From the NCBI GenBank assembly GCA_049322715.1, contig JBMOQP010000029.1:14714-78713 (forward strand): 64,000 bases of DNA. Direction: 5' to 3'. Every line of letters starts with the position of its first letter. Position 1 is the stretch's first letter. The notes under the pieces are model-generated. The model did no database searches. It was given only the letters and a program-made list of their open reading frames with translations, and was not told the DNA's origin. The stretch comes from Pseudomonadota bacterium. Lineage in GTDB: Bacteria > Pseudomonadota > Gammaproteobacteria > Halothiobacillales > Halothiobacillaceae. The translations under genes and the position numbers were made by a program. Shown here one piece after another: positions 20,015 through 32,072 of this stretch.

Positions 20015-20773
20015 TCACCGTTGATCGAGCCAGCGGCCAAGGAGGCCGGGGGCATGCAGGAACGGGGCATGCCCGGCTCCGGCCTGGATGTGGATCTCCG
20101 CTTGTGGCAGGGCCTGGCGGTACATCTCCGCCACACAAGGGGGGACGATGCGGTCCCGGTCCCCGAGAAGCACATGCACAGGGAGCCCCAGCCCGTGCAG
20201 GGACACGCTCAGGTCCGTGTCACGCAGGATCGCCAATCCCGCCCGCAGGGCTGCCTCGGCAGCCGGAGGCGACTCCGCAACGGCCTGCCCGAGCCGGGCG
20301 CGCACCTCACGCGCCCCCTCCGCGCCCACCGCCTGCAGGGCGAGGAAGCGCTGCAGGGTGAGGGCCTGATCCTGAGCCAGCCCTGCCATGAACTGACCAA
20401 GGGTGTCGGCCGCCATGCCGCAGGCCTGATCGCTCGTGGCGACGAAACGCGGGGTGGCCCCGAGCAGGATCAGGCGAGCCACGCGCTCAGGTGCGCGCCG
20501 GGCCACCTCCAGGGCCAGCAGGCCGCCCAGCGACCACCCCACCCACACGGCCCGCTCCGGAGCACGGGCCAGGAGGTCCTCCGCCCAGAGACCGGCATCA
20601 GCCCCAAGGCCCGCATCCCACGACCGGCCGCCATGCCCCGGCAGGTCGAGCGCCAGCGCGGGCTCCGCCGCGAAGGCCGGCACCGCACGCCAGATAGCCG
20701 AACTCATGCCCCAGCCATGCACCCATACCACCGGCAACACCGGTTTGGCGCCGCCACCTTGCCCACGTATCAT
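20015..20773 (-). CDS. bioH: pimeloyl-ACP methyl ester esterase
   Basis: 252 aa alpha/beta hydrolase. HGWG oxyanion motif, nucleophile elbow GWSLGG, C-terminal GHAPF. Paired with bioC. Confidence 0.82.
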   Translation of the reverse strand: MIRGQGGGAKPVLPVVWVHGWGMSSAIWRAVPAFAAEPALALDLPGHGGRSWDAGLGADAGLWAEDLLARAPERAVWVGWSLGGLLALEVARRAPERVARLILLGATPRFVATSDQACGMAADTLGQFMAGLAQDQALTLQRFLALQAVGAEGAREVRARLGQAVAESPPAAEAALRAGLAILRDTDLSVSLHGLGLPVHVLLGDRDRIVPPCVAEMYRQALPQAEIHIQAGAGHAPFLHAPGLLGRWLDQR

Positions 20774-20798
20774 CGCGCTCCCGAATACATCTTATTGA

Positions 20799-21410
20799 TT
20801 GAATCCCATGACCTGGCTTGACCTTGCCCTGCCGATCGGCGCCTACCTGCTCGGCTCCGTTGCCACCGCCATCGTCGTCAGCCGGCTGCTCGGCCTGCCC
20901 GACCCGCGCACCATGGGTTCCGGCAATCCCGGCGCCACCAATGTCCTGCGCACCGGGCGCAAAGGTGCCGCGCTCGCCACCTTGCTGGGGGACCTGCTCA
21001 AGGGGTTGTTGCCGGTCGCGCTGGCTCGCCTGCTGGAGGTTGGGGAGGTCACCCTGATCGCGACCGCTCTGGCCGCCTTCCTCGGCCACATCTACCCGGT
21101 CTTCTTCCAGTTCCGCGGCGGCAAGGGTGTGGCCACCGCCCTTGGCGTGCTGCTTGGCCTCGCCCCCTGGCTCGGCCTCGCCGTGCTCGGAGTCTGGTTG
21201 CTCGTGGCAGCCACCCTGCGCTATTCCTCGCTCGCTGCGCTGATTGCCGCCGCGACCGCCCCGGTGATCGCCTGGGGCCTGGGCCTCGGCGCCGCCGCCA
21301 TCATCGGCGTCGCCTTCATGAGCGCCCTGCTCATCCTGCGCCACCGCGGCAACATCCAGCGCCTGCTGAACGGCACCGAGAGCCGCATCGGCGCGAAGAA
21401 AGGCGTTTAA
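20799..21410 (+). CDS. plsY: glycerol-3-phosphate acyltransferase PlsY
   Basis: 203 aa from TTG 20799 (ATG alternative at 20808). GSGNPGATN motif and multiple TM helices. Confidence 0.92.
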   Translation: MNPMTWLDLALPIGAYLLGSVATAIVVSRLLGLPDPRTMGSGNPGATNVLRTGRKGAALATLLGDLLKGLLPVALARLLEVGEVTLIATALAAFLGHIYPVFFQFRGGKGVATALGVLLGLAPWLGLAVLGVWLLVAATLRYSSLAALIAAATAPVIAWGLGLGAAAIIGVAFMSALLILRHRGNIQRLLNGTESRIGAKKGV

Positions 21411-22420
21411 GACAGCCCCTTCAGTTCGCCAAGCGGCCAGCGCGCCCGCGCGGCGAAGGCAGCCGCCGGCCCGCCCTGACCGGCCTGCAGCCGCAGCCAC
21501 CCCGTGTAGGCGATCATGGCGGCGTTGTCGGTACAGAACTCCTGGCGCGGAAAGAAGGCCTCGCCACCACGCGCCTTCAGCATGCCCGAGAGGGATTCGC
21601 GCAGGCGCTGGTTCGCCCCCACCCCCCCCGCGACCACCAGCTGGCGCATGCCGGTCTGCCCGAGCGCCCGCTCGCACTTGATCACGAGGGTCTCGACGAT
21701 GGCCTCCTCGAAGGCACGGGCGACATCCGCCCGCCCCTGCTCGTCCTCCACTCCCTCCAGGGCAAGCAGCGCACGGGTCTTGAGACCGCTGAAGCTGAAA
21801 TCGAGCCCGGGCCGGTCGATCATCGGCCGCGGGAAGCGATGGCCCCCCTCGCGCCCTCGCCCCGCCAGCCGGGCCAGCGCCGCCCCGCCGGGGTAGCCCA
21901 ACCCCATCAGCTTGGCGATCTTGTCGAAGGCCTCGCCGACCGCATCATCCAGTGTCTCGCCGAGCACTTCGTACACCCCCACCTCCGGCACTGCCACCAG
22001 CATGGTGTGACCACCGGAGACCAGCAGGGCGACGAACGGCGGGCGCAGACCGGGATTGTCGAGCATTGGCGCCAGCAGGTGCCCTTCCATGTGATGCACG
22101 CCGATGGCCGGCACGCCGAGGGCGCAGGCCAGCCCCGCGCCGAAGGCGGTGCCAACCAGCAGGGCACCAAGCAGCCCCGGCCCTTCGGTGTAGGCCACCC
22201 CGCCGATCGACTGGCGCGTGACCCCGGCCTCCTCCAGCAGGTCATCGACCATCGGCAGGAGCCAGCGCACATGGTCGCGCGATGCGAGCTCGGGCACGAC
22301 GCCGCCATACTCGACGTGCACGTCTTGCGTGCGCACACGATGCCCGAGCAGACCGCCCTCGCTGGCATACAGCGCGCAGGCCGTCTCGTCGCACGAGGTT
22401 TCGATTCCAACAACGATCAT
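21407..22420 (-). CDS. tsaD: tRNA N6-adenosine threonylcarbamoyltransferase TsaD
   Basis: Start set at ATG 22420 ([18 protein letters not shown]). Alternative ATG at 22432 (MKSG...). HMEGH metal motif. Divergent from rpsU as in E. coli and Pseudomonas. Confidence 0.93.
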   Translation of the reverse strand: MIVVGIETSCDETACALYASEGGLLGHRVRTQDVHVEYGGVVPELASRDHVRWLLPMVDDLLEEAGVTRQSIGGVAYTEGPGLLGALLVGTAFGAGLACALGVPAIGVHHMEGHLLAPMLDNPGLRPPFVALLVSGGHTMLVAVPEVGVYEVLGETLDDAVGEAFDKIAKLMGLGYPGGAALARLAGRGREGGHRFPRPMIDRPGLDFSFSGLKTRALLALEGVEDEQGRADVARAFEEAIVETLVIKCERALGQTGMRQLVVAGGVGANQRLRESLSGMLKARGGEAFFPRQEFCTDNAAMIAYTGWLRLQAGQGGPAAAFAARARWPLGELKGLS

Positions 22421-22454
22421 GCCAGACTTCATTGCCTTCAAAAGGTGGCTATTG

Positions 22455-22482
22455 TTGCATTGCTTGCCCCAGGTCGTATAAT
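22455..22482 (+). promoter_or_regulatory. candidate sigma-70 promoter of rpsU
   Basis: TTGCAT (22455-22460), a 16-nt spacer, then perfect TATAAT (22477-22482), about 87 nt upstream of the rpsU ATG. Confidence 0.55.
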
Positions 22483-22568
22483 TCCGGCCTTTCTGCAAGC
22501 CCTGCCCGTGCCACTGGTCGGCCGGACAGGCATGAACCGGTTCAGACCTTTTTATTACTGGAGTCCCA

Positions 22569-22784
22569 ATGCCTTCCGTCCGCGTCAAAGAGAACGAGCC
22601 TTTCGAAGTCGCCGTGCGCCGCTTCAAGCGCACCTGTGAAAAGGCCGGCATCATCTCCGAACTGCGCGCCCGCGAGTTCTACGAGAAGCCGACCACCGAG
22701 CGCAAGCGCAAGCTGGCTGCCGCCGTCAAGCGCAACCAGAAGCGTCTGGCGAAGGAAGCCGCTCGCCGCACCCGCCTCTACTGA
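22569..22784 (+). CDS. rpsU: 30S ribosomal protein S21
   Basis: 71 aa, [21 protein letters not shown]..., with GGAG RBS. Confidence 0.97.
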   Translation: MPSVRVKENEPFEVAVRRFKRTCEKAGIISELRAREFYEKPTTERKRKLAAAVKRNQKRLAKEAARRTRLY

Positions 22785-22792
22785 CCGATCGG

Positions 22793-23263
22793 ATGTCGGG
22801 CATGACCGAGGCGACCTCCGCCCTCAAGGCGCGGATCACCGATGACATGAAGGCGACGATGAAGGCGGGCGACAAGCCCCGCCTCGCCGTGATCCGCCTC
22901 ATTCAGGCCGCGCTCAAGCAGAAAGAGGTGGATGAGCGCATCACCCTCGCCGACGCGGACGTCATCGCCGTGCTCGACAAGATGGGCAAGCAGCGCCGCG
23001 AGTCCCTCGAGCAGTACAAGGCCGCGGGCCGTGCGGATCTGGCGGAGCAGGAGTCCTACGAACTGGAGGTCATCCAGTCCTACCTGCCTGCCCCGCTGAG
23101 CGATGCGGAGATCGATGCCCTCATCGCCGAGGCCGTCGCGGCCACCGGCGCCACCAGTGTCCGGGAGATGGGCGCGGTCATGGGCAAGCTCAGGCCGCAA
23201 CTTCAGGGGCGCGCGGACATGACCCAGGTGAGTGCCCGCATCAAGTCCGCCCTCGGCGGCTGA
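22793..23263 (+). CDS. GatB/YqeY domain-containing protein
   Basis: 156 aa with the LKxRIxxDMKxAMKAGDKxRLxVIRL pattern typical of YqeY. It sits in the usual position after rpsU. Confidence 0.85.
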   Translation: MSGMTEATSALKARITDDMKATMKAGDKPRLAVIRLIQAALKQKEVDERITLADADVIAVLDKMGKQRRESLEQYKAAGRADLAEQESYELEVIQSYLPAPLSDAEIDALIAEAVAATGATSVREMGAVMGKLRPQLQGRADMTQVSARIKSALGG

Positions 23264-23293
23264 CCGCGAACTCCCTCAAGCCGCACGGATTCA

Positions 23294-24795
<1,502 letters not shown>

Positions 24796-24801
24796 GCCCC
24801 C

Positions 24802-24825
24802 AAAGGCGCCCCCGGGCGCCTTTTT
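24802..24825 (+). terminator. rho-independent terminator after gltD
   Basis: aaaggcgccc-cc-gggcgccttt palindrome ending in ttttt. Confidence 0.72.
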
Positions 24826-24840
24826 CATATACGGACTGAT

Positions 24841-25911
24841 ATGAACGCACTCAAGAACGACCGCTTCCTGCGCGCCCTGCTGCGCCAGCCCGTGGACCGC
24901 ACCCCGATGTGGATCATGCGCCAGGCCGGCCGCTACCTGCCCGAATACCGCGCCACGCGAGCCAAGGCAGGCAGTTTCATGAACCTGTGCAAGAGCCCGG
25001 AGCTCGCCTGCGAGGTCACCCTGCAGCCGCTCGAGCGTTTCGAGCTGGACGCGGCAATCCTGTTCTCCGACATCCTCACCGTGCCGGATGCGATGGGCCT
25101 CGGCCTCGGCTTCTACGAAGGCGAGGGCCCGCGCTTCGCCAATCCCGTACGCAGCGCCGCGGACATCGACCGCCTGCCCATTCCGGACCCGGAGGGAGAG
25201 CTGAAGTATGTGATGGACGCCGTGCGCACCATCCGCCGCGAGCTGAACGGCCGCGTGCCGCTGATCGGCTTTTCCGGCAGCCCGTGGACCCTCGCGGCCT
25301 ACATGGTCGAGGGCGAGGGCAGCCGCGACTTCTCCCGCGCCAAGGCCATGATGTTCGATCGCCCGGACCTGATGGAGAGCCTGCTGGACAAGATCACCCA
25401 GTCCGTCGCGGCCTACCTCAATGGCCAGATCGCCGCCGGCGCTCAGGCAGTCATGCTGTTCGACACCTGGGGCGGCATGCTCACCCCGCGCGACTACATG
25501 CGCTTCTCGCTCGAGCCGATGCGCAAGGTCATCGCCCAGCTCAAGCGCGAACATGAGGGACACAAGGTGCCGGTGGTGCTGTTCACCAAGGGTGGCGGCC
25601 AGTGGCTGGAGGCGATGGCCCAGAGCGGCGCCGACGCGCTGGGCCTGGATTGGACCACCGACATCGGTGAGGCGCGCCGCCGCGTGGGTGACCATGTTGC
25701 CCTGCAGGGCAACATGGACCCGAATGTCCTGTACGCCTCGCCAAAGCGCATCCGCGAGGAGGTGGCGAGCATCCTGGCCGCCTACGGTGCGGGCAGCGGC
25801 CACGTCTTCAACCTCGGCCACGGCATCCATCCCGGCATCGATCCGGAGCATGTCGCCGCCTTCGTGCAAGCCGTGCGCGAACTCAGCCCGGCCTATCACG
25901 CCGCCGGCTGA
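24841..25911 (+). CDS. hemE: uroporphyrinogen decarboxylase
   Basis: 356 aa with N-terminal [16 protein letters not shown] motif. Confidence 0.95.
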   Translation: MNALKNDRFLRALLRQPVDRTPMWIMRQAGRYLPEYRATRAKAGSFMNLCKSPELACEVTLQPLERFELDAAILFSDILTVPDAMGLGLGFYEGEGPRFANPVRSAADIDRLPIPDPEGELKYVMDAVRTIRRELNGRVPLIGFSGSPWTLAAYMVEGEGSRDFSRAKAMMFDRPDLMESLLDKITQSVAAYLNGQIAAGAQAVMLFDTWGGMLTPRDYMRFSLEPMRKVIAQLKREHEGHKVPVVLFTKGGGQWLEAMAQSGADALGLDWTTDIGEARRRVGDHVALQGNMDPNVLYASPKRIREEVASILAAYGAGSGHVFNLGHGIHPGIDPEHVAAFVQAVRELSPAYHAAG

Positions 25912-25977
25912 CCCCCCCCGCCGCGCTCCGGGGCGCGGCTTTCCCAACCTGCCCGACTATCCCTCCCCCCGGGGGAC

Positions 25978-26592
25978 TCAAGGGGTCTTCGGCTCACTCA
26001 CATTTCCAGCCTCCATGGCCGCAAGCAGGCGTTCCACCTTGCGCAGGGGCGCCCGTTCCATCGCCCCGCCCTCGCCGTAACCGGCAGGTGGCTCGCGCAG
26101 GGCCTTGGGCGGCATGACCACCAGATCGACGACATGGTCGCCAGCCAAGAGCGAGAACAGCGGATACGACCTGACCGAGCCGTCACGATAACGCAGGTTG
26201 CGCTGCCCCTCACGGAAAGGCATGTCGGCATTCAAAAGATGCAGCATGACCTGCTCCGGGGCTTCGGCGAACAGGTGCAGGGTAATGGGGCTGTTGCTGT
26301 CCGCCGTACCGGACAGCACGGAACCGACCAGACGCGGCTCGAAGCCGGCCAGGAAGCGCATGGCCTTGACCGCCTCCTGGCGCATCCGCCGCAGCGCCTC
26401 GGGCTGCCCGGGGCGGAACAAGCGCTGGTAGCCGCGCAGCTGTTCCTCCACCTCATCGCACGATGGCTCATCCCGCCCGGGAACACAGCCGATTTCGGCA
26501 GCGACCTTGCGCTTGGCCGCCTCACAGTCCAGCCCCTGCCCCTCGGCCATCAGCCTCGCGGCCCGCTCGGCCCACTGAGCGCGCAGGTCCAT
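25978..26592 (-). CDS. hypothetical protein translationally coupled to mrcA
   Basis: 204 aa. Its ATG shares one nucleotide with the mrcA stop (TGATG). The segment VGSVLSGTADSNSPITLHLF resembles a pol-beta-type nucleotidyltransferase GS motif without the DxD, which is a weak inference. GC3-rich codons. Confidence 0.6.
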   Translation of the reverse strand: MDLRAQWAERAARLMAEGQGLDCEAAKRKVAAEIGCVPGRDEPSCDEVEEQLRGYQRLFRPGQPEALRRMRQEAVKAMRFLAGFEPRLVGSVLSGTADSNSPITLHLFAEAPEQVMLHLLNADMPFREGQRNLRYRDGSVRSYPLFSLLAGDHVVDLVVMPPKALREPPAGYGEGGAMERAPLRKVERLLAAMEAGNVSEPKTP

Positions 26593-29081
26593 CAGAACAG
26601 CTCTTCTACAACCTGACGATCCCCGATCGCCTCGGAAACCGCCTCAGGCGGAAGGTATTCCGGCATGACTGCGGTGGTCACCTGCGGATAGCGGACGTCG
26701 AAATACTCGCTGATGGCGCCCGGGGTACCCGGAGCCACCTGATAACCGGTCTCAGGATCGATGCTGGCCATGACAATCCCCTCCGGCGGCAGTGACTCCT
26801 GCACTGGCCGGTCCTTCAAGGCCACCTGCATGAAATCGACCCATATCGGCACGGCCGCCTTGCCGCCGGTCTCCTTCTTGCCGAGTGGACGATAGTCGTC
26901 GAATCCCACCCACGCCGTGGCCACGATGCCAGGACCGTAGCCGCTGAACCAGGCATCGCGCTGGTCATTGGTCGTGCCGGTCTTGCCGCCGACATCCGGT
27001 CGCTTGAGCGCTCGACCAGCCGAAGCAGCGGTACCGCGCTTCACCACATCACGCAGCATGACCTGCATGAGCCATGCATTCTCCGGCGAGATCACGCGCG
27101 GCGCCTGGCCTGCCACGCCCGGCTGGCAACGGTTACCGGCCGCCCCCCCCCGATCCGCTCCCGATGATCCGGTGACGCCGGCCAGCCCTGGATACCCATT
27201 GCCAGCACCCCTGGGCAATACCGCGAGTTCGTTGTCGCAGAATTGCTGCGGCAAGGCCTCGAACAGGACGTGCCCCCCCACGTCTTCGACACGCTGGATG
27301 AAATAGGGCTCGACCCGATAGCCGCCGTTGGCGAACACCATGTAGGCCGAGGCCAGCTCCCAGGGGGTGAGGGCATAGCTTCCGAGAGCCAGCGAGAGTG
27401 TGGGCTGCCACTGCCCCACCGGCAGCCCGAAGGGCTTGGCGTGACGCAGCACCACCTCAGGGGTGATCGCCTCCATGAGCCGCACCGAAACCAGGTTCTG
27501 CGAACGCACCAAGGCCTCGTGCAAGCGGGTCGGCCCGTAGGATTTCTCCTCATAGTTGCGCGGCCTCCAGTCCTCCTCGTTGGCTGCGGCCTTCTCGTAT
27601 ACCCGGGGATCGTCACTGATCACACTGGCAAGGGTGAAGCCGTTCTCCAGCGCCGCCGAATAGAGGAAGGGCTTGAAGGACGAACCCGGCTGGCGCTGAG
27701 CCTGCACGATGCGGTTGAATTTGCTGAGGGTGAAATCGTAGCCCCCCTCGAGGGCCAGCAGGGCACCGCTCGCACTGTCGAAGGCGACGAAAGCCCCGGC
27801 CGCCTGCGGCAGTTGCGCAAGCGTGTAGCCCTTCTCCCCCTGGCGCAGACGCACGATGTCGCCAGGCGAGAGGACTTCGGTCACCGATTTCGGACGGGGC
27901 CCCATCGCATCCTCGCCAAGATAGGGGCGCGCCCACTGCAGGGACTCGAGGTCCAGCACATGCCGCAGTCCCTGGCCATCCACCACGGTGGCCTGCCTCG
28001 GCCCCGCCTCGAGCACGACCGCCGCAACGAGCCCCGCCACCGGTCGCTGGGCACGCGCATGGCTGGCCGCCGCCTCAACATCCCCCGCCGGGAATTCGGC
28101 GCGGCCTTCCGCCCCGCGCCAGCCATGCCGGCGATCGTAATCAAGCAAGGCATTCCGCAGGGCAAGACTCGCCGTGCGCTGAAGCTCGGGGTCCAGCGTG
28201 GTGTAAACACGCAAGCCCATCTCGTAAGCCGCCTCGCCGAATTGCTCCACCATGCGCGCCCGGACCATCTCGGCCACATACGGGGCACTGACCTCGGCCG
28301 CAGCGCCGAGGAACAGCGTGGTTTGCACCGGCTCCAGCTGTGCCGCCTTCGCCTGCGCATCGGCCAGCCAGCCAAGTTCGCTCATCCGATCAAGGATGTA
28401 ATCCCGGCGGATCTTGGCCCGTTCGGGATTGACCACCGGGTTGAACCTGGAAGGAGCCTTGGGCAGACCGGCCAGCATCGCCGCCTCGGCGGGGGTCAGC
28501 GCATCGAGAGACTTGTTGTAATAGATCGACGCCGCGGCCGCGACACCGTAGGCCCGATTGCCGAGATAGATCTTGTTCAAATAGAGTTCGAGGATCTGCC
28601 GCTTGCTCAGTTCGCGCTCGATTTTGATCGCGAGAAGGATCTCCCTGAACTTGCGGCTGTAGGTCTTCTCGCTGCTGAGGAAGAAATTGCGCGCCACCTG
28701 CATGGTGATGGTGCTGCCGCCCTGCCCCTTGTGGCCCGTGCGCAACAGTTCCCACCCTGCGCGGAACAGCCCCTGCAGGTCCACTCCGGGATGCTGATAG
28801 AAGCGGTCGTCCTCCGCCGCAAGGAAAGCTTTTTCAACCAATTCAGGAACTTGGTCCATCGATATGGGGATGCGTCGTTTCTCGCCGAACTCCGCGATCA
28901 ACCCCCCATTGCGGTCATAAACCCGTAACGGGACCTGGTACTGGGTGTCCCGCAGGGCGTTGACATCAGGCAATTCCTCACTATAAACATGGTACGCGAC
29001 ACCCCACGCACCAAGCGCAAGGAATGCAACAAGAACAAAGAGATAGAAAACGGACTTGAAAAGAAGCTTTAGAAGGTTCAT
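26592..29081 (-). CDS. mrcA: penicillin-binding protein 1A (bifunctional transglycosylase/transpeptidase)
   Basis: 829 aa with an N-terminal TM. Glycosyltransferase motif EDDRFYQHPG. Transpeptidase motifs SSFKP and KTGTT. Divergent from pilM as in Pseudomonas ponA. Confidence 0.95.
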   Translation of the reverse strand: MNLLKLLFKSVFYLFVLVAFLALGAWGVAYHVYSEELPDVNALRDTQYQVPLRVYDRNGGLIAEFGEKRRIPISMDQVPELVEKAFLAAEDDRFYQHPGVDLQGLFRAGWELLRTGHKGQGGSTITMQVARNFFLSSEKTYSRKFREILLAIKIERELSKRQILELYLNKIYLGNRAYGVAAAASIYYNKSLDALTPAEAAMLAGLPKAPSRFNPVVNPERAKIRRDYILDRMSELGWLADAQAKAAQLEPVQTTLFLGAAAEVSAPYVAEMVRARMVEQFGEAAYEMGLRVYTTLDPELQRTASLALRNALLDYDRRHGWRGAEGRAEFPAGDVEAAASHARAQRPVAGLVAAVVLEAGPRQATVVDGQGLRHVLDLESLQWARPYLGEDAMGPRPKSVTEVLSPGDIVRLRQGEKGYTLAQLPQAAGAFVAFDSASGALLALEGGYDFTLSKFNRIVQAQRQPGSSFKPFLYSAALENGFTLASVISDDPRVYEKAAANEEDWRPRNYEEKSYGPTRLHEALVRSQNLVSVRLMEAITPEVVLRHAKPFGLPVGQWQPTLSLALGSYALTPWELASAYMVFANGGYRVEPYFIQRVEDVGGHVLFEALPQQFCDNELAVLPRGAGNGYPGLAGVTGSSGADRGGAAGNRCQPGVAGQAPRVISPENAWLMQVMLRDVVKRGTAASAGRALKRPDVGGKTGTTNDQRDAWFSGYGPGIVATAWVGFDDYRPLGKKETGGKAAVPIWVDFMQVALKDRPVQESLPPEGIVMASIDPETGYQVAPGTPGAISEYFDVRYPQVTTAVMPEYLPPEAVSEAIGDRQVVEELF

Positions 29082-29219
29082 AAGTATCCGGGCTGTCCGG
29101 CGCGCATGACTTCGGGGCAGATGGATAGACCGTTTGAATCAAGGCCGGAACATCCTTTGCGACCTTGATCAAACCGCAGGCCACAATAACGCAAAAGGGT
29201 GCGATAGAGGAAAGCCGCT

Positions 29220-30281
29220 GTGTTTCGCCGAAGCCAAAAACAACCATTGCTCGGGCTGGATATCAGCTCGACCGCGGTCAAGCTGATCGAGCTCAGCCGA
29301 ACCCGCGATACCTACCGCGTCGAGGCCCTGTCCATCGAGCCCCTGCCCGAACGCGCCATCCAGGACAAGTCCATCATGGACCCGGAAGCCGTTGGCGCAG
29401 CGATCCGCAAGGCGGTGAAGGACTCTGGCACCCGATCCAAGCGCGCCGCGATCGCGGTTCCCGGATCCATCGCCGTATCCAAGGTGGTCACCCTGCCCGC
29501 CGGCCTGAGCGAAATGGAGCTGGAAGCGCAGATCCGCATGGAGGCCGACCAGCACGTCCCCTTCCCGCTCGAGGAGATCAACCTCGACTTCGAGGCGCTC
29601 GGCCCCACCCCCGGCAACCCCGGAACCATTGATGTCCTGCTCGCCGCCACCCGTTCCGAAAACCTCGAATCCCGGGTTGCGGCCGCCGAACTGGGCGGAC
29701 TGCAGGTGGAGATCGTCGACATCGAGCCTTTCGCGCTGGAAAATGCCTATCTCGAGCTGCTGGCCCCTAGGCTTCCGGACATCACTCCCGACATGGCTGT
29801 CGCCCTGTTCGACATCGGCTCCACTGTCACGAGCCTCAGCGTGTTCCATCAGGGCAAGATGATCTATACCCGGGAACACCCCTTCGGCGGCCGCCAGCAC
29901 TCGGATGAAATCATGCGCCGCTACCAGATGACCCACGCCGAAGCCAGCCGCGCAAAGCGCCAGGGCGGATTGCCGGAGAGCTATGTGGGCGAGGTCCTTG
30001 AGCCGTTCATCGAACTTGCCACCCAGCAGCTCAATCGCTTCCTGCAATTCTTCTATGCCGCCCACCCGAACGTTCATGTCATGCGGCTTCTGCTGGGCGG
30101 AGGCGTCGCCGCCATGCCGGAACTGAACGAGCGCGTCGCCCACAGCACGGGGATCGAAACCACGACCGCCAACCCGTTCATCGGCATGAGCCGCGCACCG
30201 CGGGTCTCCAACCGCGTCGTCAACGAGGACGCCACAGCCATGCTGATCGCCTGTGGCCTGGCCCTGAGGGGTTTCGACTAA
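29220..30281 (+). CDS. pilM: type IV pilus assembly ATPase-like protein PilM
   Basis: 353 aa from GTG 29220 with GAGGAAA RBS. Actin-like fold start LGLDISSTAVKLIEL. Confidence 0.93.
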   Translation: MFRRSQKQPLLGLDISSTAVKLIELSRTRDTYRVEALSIEPLPERAIQDKSIMDPEAVGAAIRKAVKDSGTRSKRAAIAVPGSIAVSKVVTLPAGLSEMELEAQIRMEADQHVPFPLEEINLDFEALGPTPGNPGTIDVLLAATRSENLESRVAAAELGGLQVEIVDIEPFALENAYLELLAPRLPDITPDMAVALFDIGSTVTSLSVFHQGKMIYTREHPFGGRQHSDEIMRRYQMTHAEASRAKRQGGLPESYVGEVLEPFIELATQQLNRFLQFFYAAHPNVHVMRLLLGGGVAAMPELNERVAHSTGIETTTANPFIGMSRAPRVSNRVVNEDATAMLIACGLALRGFD

Positions 30282-30904
30282 TGCCACGCATCAACCTACT
30301 CCCGTGGCGCGAAAACCTGCGCAAGCAGCGTCAACGCGCCTTCGTCAAACACGCCGGGCTGGCCTTCGCCCTGGCCCTCGGCTTCGTTGTGCTCGGCCAT
30401 GTCGTCGTCCAGAGCCAGATCGACGACCAGGAGCGACGCAACGCCTTCCTTACCGAGACCATCGCCGACCTTGACCGACAGATTGCAGAGATCAAGGCGC
30501 TCAAGGAAACCCGCGCCAACCTGGTGGCACGCATGGAAGTGATCGAGCGCCTGCAGCAGACCCGCTCCTACGTGGTACACGCCTTCGACGAGATTGCACG
30601 CACCGTCCCGGAGGGCATCATCCTGACCAAGGTCGCGCTGAAGAACGACCAGCAGCTCGAGATCAACGGCATCAGCGATACCGCCGCGCGGGTTGCCGAC
30701 TACCTGCGCAACCTCAACCGTACCGAGTGGCTGAGCAACGCCTCCATCGTCGGCACCGGCATTCTCGCCCAGGATCTGTCCAAGCCGGGCAGCCAGCCGC
30801 CCGCATCGGGCCTCAAGGGCGAGTACGCCTTCAACATCACCGCCCAGTTCAGCCCGCCCGCCGCCGCGGGCGGTGCCAACGGCGAGGAGGCCAGGAAGCC
30901 ATGA
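30281..30904 (+). CDS. pilN: type IV pilus assembly protein PilN
   Basis: 207 aa. INLLPWRE motif and a single TM. TAATG overlap with pilM. Confidence 0.9.
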   Translation: MPRINLLPWRENLRKQRQRAFVKHAGLAFALALGFVVLGHVVVQSQIDDQERRNAFLTETIADLDRQIAEIKALKETRANLVARMEVIERLQQTRSYVVHAFDEIARTVPEGIILTKVALKNDQQLEINGISDTAARVADYLRNLNRTEWLSNASIVGTGILAQDLSKPGSQPPASGLKGEYAFNITAQFSPPAAAGGANGEEARKP

Positions 30905-31536
30905 ACCTCCAGGATCTTCGTGACATCGACCTGCAGAACATCGGCCGCGCACCGCTGGCTGTCCGCCTGACACTGATCGGTCTGATCGTGGCTGCCACCA
31001 TTGCTGCGGGCTACCAGCTCGACATCCGCGACCTGATCGAGCAGCGCGACATGATCCGCGCCAAGGAGCCCGAACTACGGCAGCAAGTCGAACTCAAGCA
31101 GCAGCAGGCCGCCAACCTCAACGCCTACAAGGCCCAGCTGGCCGAAATGGAGAAGACCTTCGGCAACCTGTTGCGCCAGCTGCCGAACAAGAAGGAGGCG
31201 GAGAACCTCATCGTCGACGTGGCCCAGACCTCGCTCGCCAATGGATTGAAGAACCAGCAGATCCAGCCCGGCCAGGAGATCATCCACGACTTCTACGCCG
31301 AGCTGCCCTACACGCTGCGCCTGCAGGGCGGCTTCCACCAACTGGCCAAGTTCGCCAGCGACACCGCAGCCCTGCCGCGCATCGTCACCCTGCACAACTT
31401 CACCGCATCGCTGGGGGATCCCAAGGGTGGCAACGAGCTGAACATGGAGATCACCGCCAAGACATACCGCTACCTCGAAGAAAGCGAGATGCCAAAGCCG
31501 GATCCCAAGAAACCCAAAGCGAAGGGCAAGTCATGA
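30901..31536 (+). CDS. pilO: type IV pilus assembly protein PilO
   Basis: Start set at ATG 30901 (ATGA overlap with pilN). 211 aa with a TM helix followed by a coiled coil. Confidence 0.88.
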   Translation: MNLQDLRDIDLQNIGRAPLAVRLTLIGLIVAATIAAGYQLDIRDLIEQRDMIRAKEPELRQQVELKQQQAANLNAYKAQLAEMEKTFGNLLRQLPNKKEAENLIVDVAQTSLANGLKNQQIQPGQEIIHDFYAELPYTLRLQGGFHQLAKFASDTAALPRIVTLHNFTASLGDPKGGNELNMEITAKTYRYLEESEMPKPDPKKPKAKGKS

Positions 31537-32072
31537 CGCGGCGCTCCTCCCTTTCCCCCCTGGCCCTTGGCCTCGCCATCGTTTTGCTGAATACCGGCTG
31601 CACGCAGGGCACGGACGACCTGCAGCAGTTCGTTGCCGAGGTCAAGCAGCGCCCGGCCAAGCCCATCGAACCGATGCCGGAGATCAAGACCTACGAGCCG
31701 TTCACCTATGCCGCCTTCGACCTGCGCGATCCGTTCACCGCCCCGCAGGCGGCCCAGGACGAAAAGGGCAACGGCCTGCGTCCGGACACCGAGCGCCGCA
31801 AGGAGCCGCTGGAGCTCTACCCGCTGGACGGACTCTCCATGATGGGCGTCATCGAGAAGAACAAGCGCACCCTCGCGCTCATCCGCTCCAGCGATGGCAC
31901 GATCCATCAGGTCGCGGTCGGCAACTACGCCGGCCAGAACTACGGCCGCATCACCAGCATTCAAGAAGACCGGGTCGATCTGACCGAAATCATTCCCGAT
32001 GGCGCAGGGGGGTGGATCGAGCGCCCCGCATCCATCGCCATGAGAGAAGGAACCCAGGGTAACCAGCCATGA
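31533..32072 (+). CDS. pilP: type IV pilus assembly lipoprotein PilP
   Basis: 179 aa. Lipobox LNTGC. ATGA overlap with pilO. Confidence 0.88.
   Translation: MTRRSSLSPLALGLAIVLLNTGCTQGTDDLQQFVAEVKQRPAKPIEPMPEIKTYEPFTYAAFDLRDPFTAPQAAQDEKGNGLRPDTERRKEPLELYPLDGLSMMGVIEKNKRTLALIRSSDGTIHQVAVGNYAGQNYGRITSIQEDRVDLTEIIPDGAGGWIERPASIAMREGTQGNQP

Noticed and set aside
27090-27240. A Gly/Ala/Arg-rich segment in PBP1A (PRGAGNGYPGLAGVTGSSGADRGGAAGNRCQPGVAGQAP) that might be another embedded repeat copy.
   Set aside because: Its only resemblance to the repeat families is a short ccggtgacgcc string. PBP1A proteins commonly have variable low-complexity inserts in this region, so the evidence is insufficient without an alignment.
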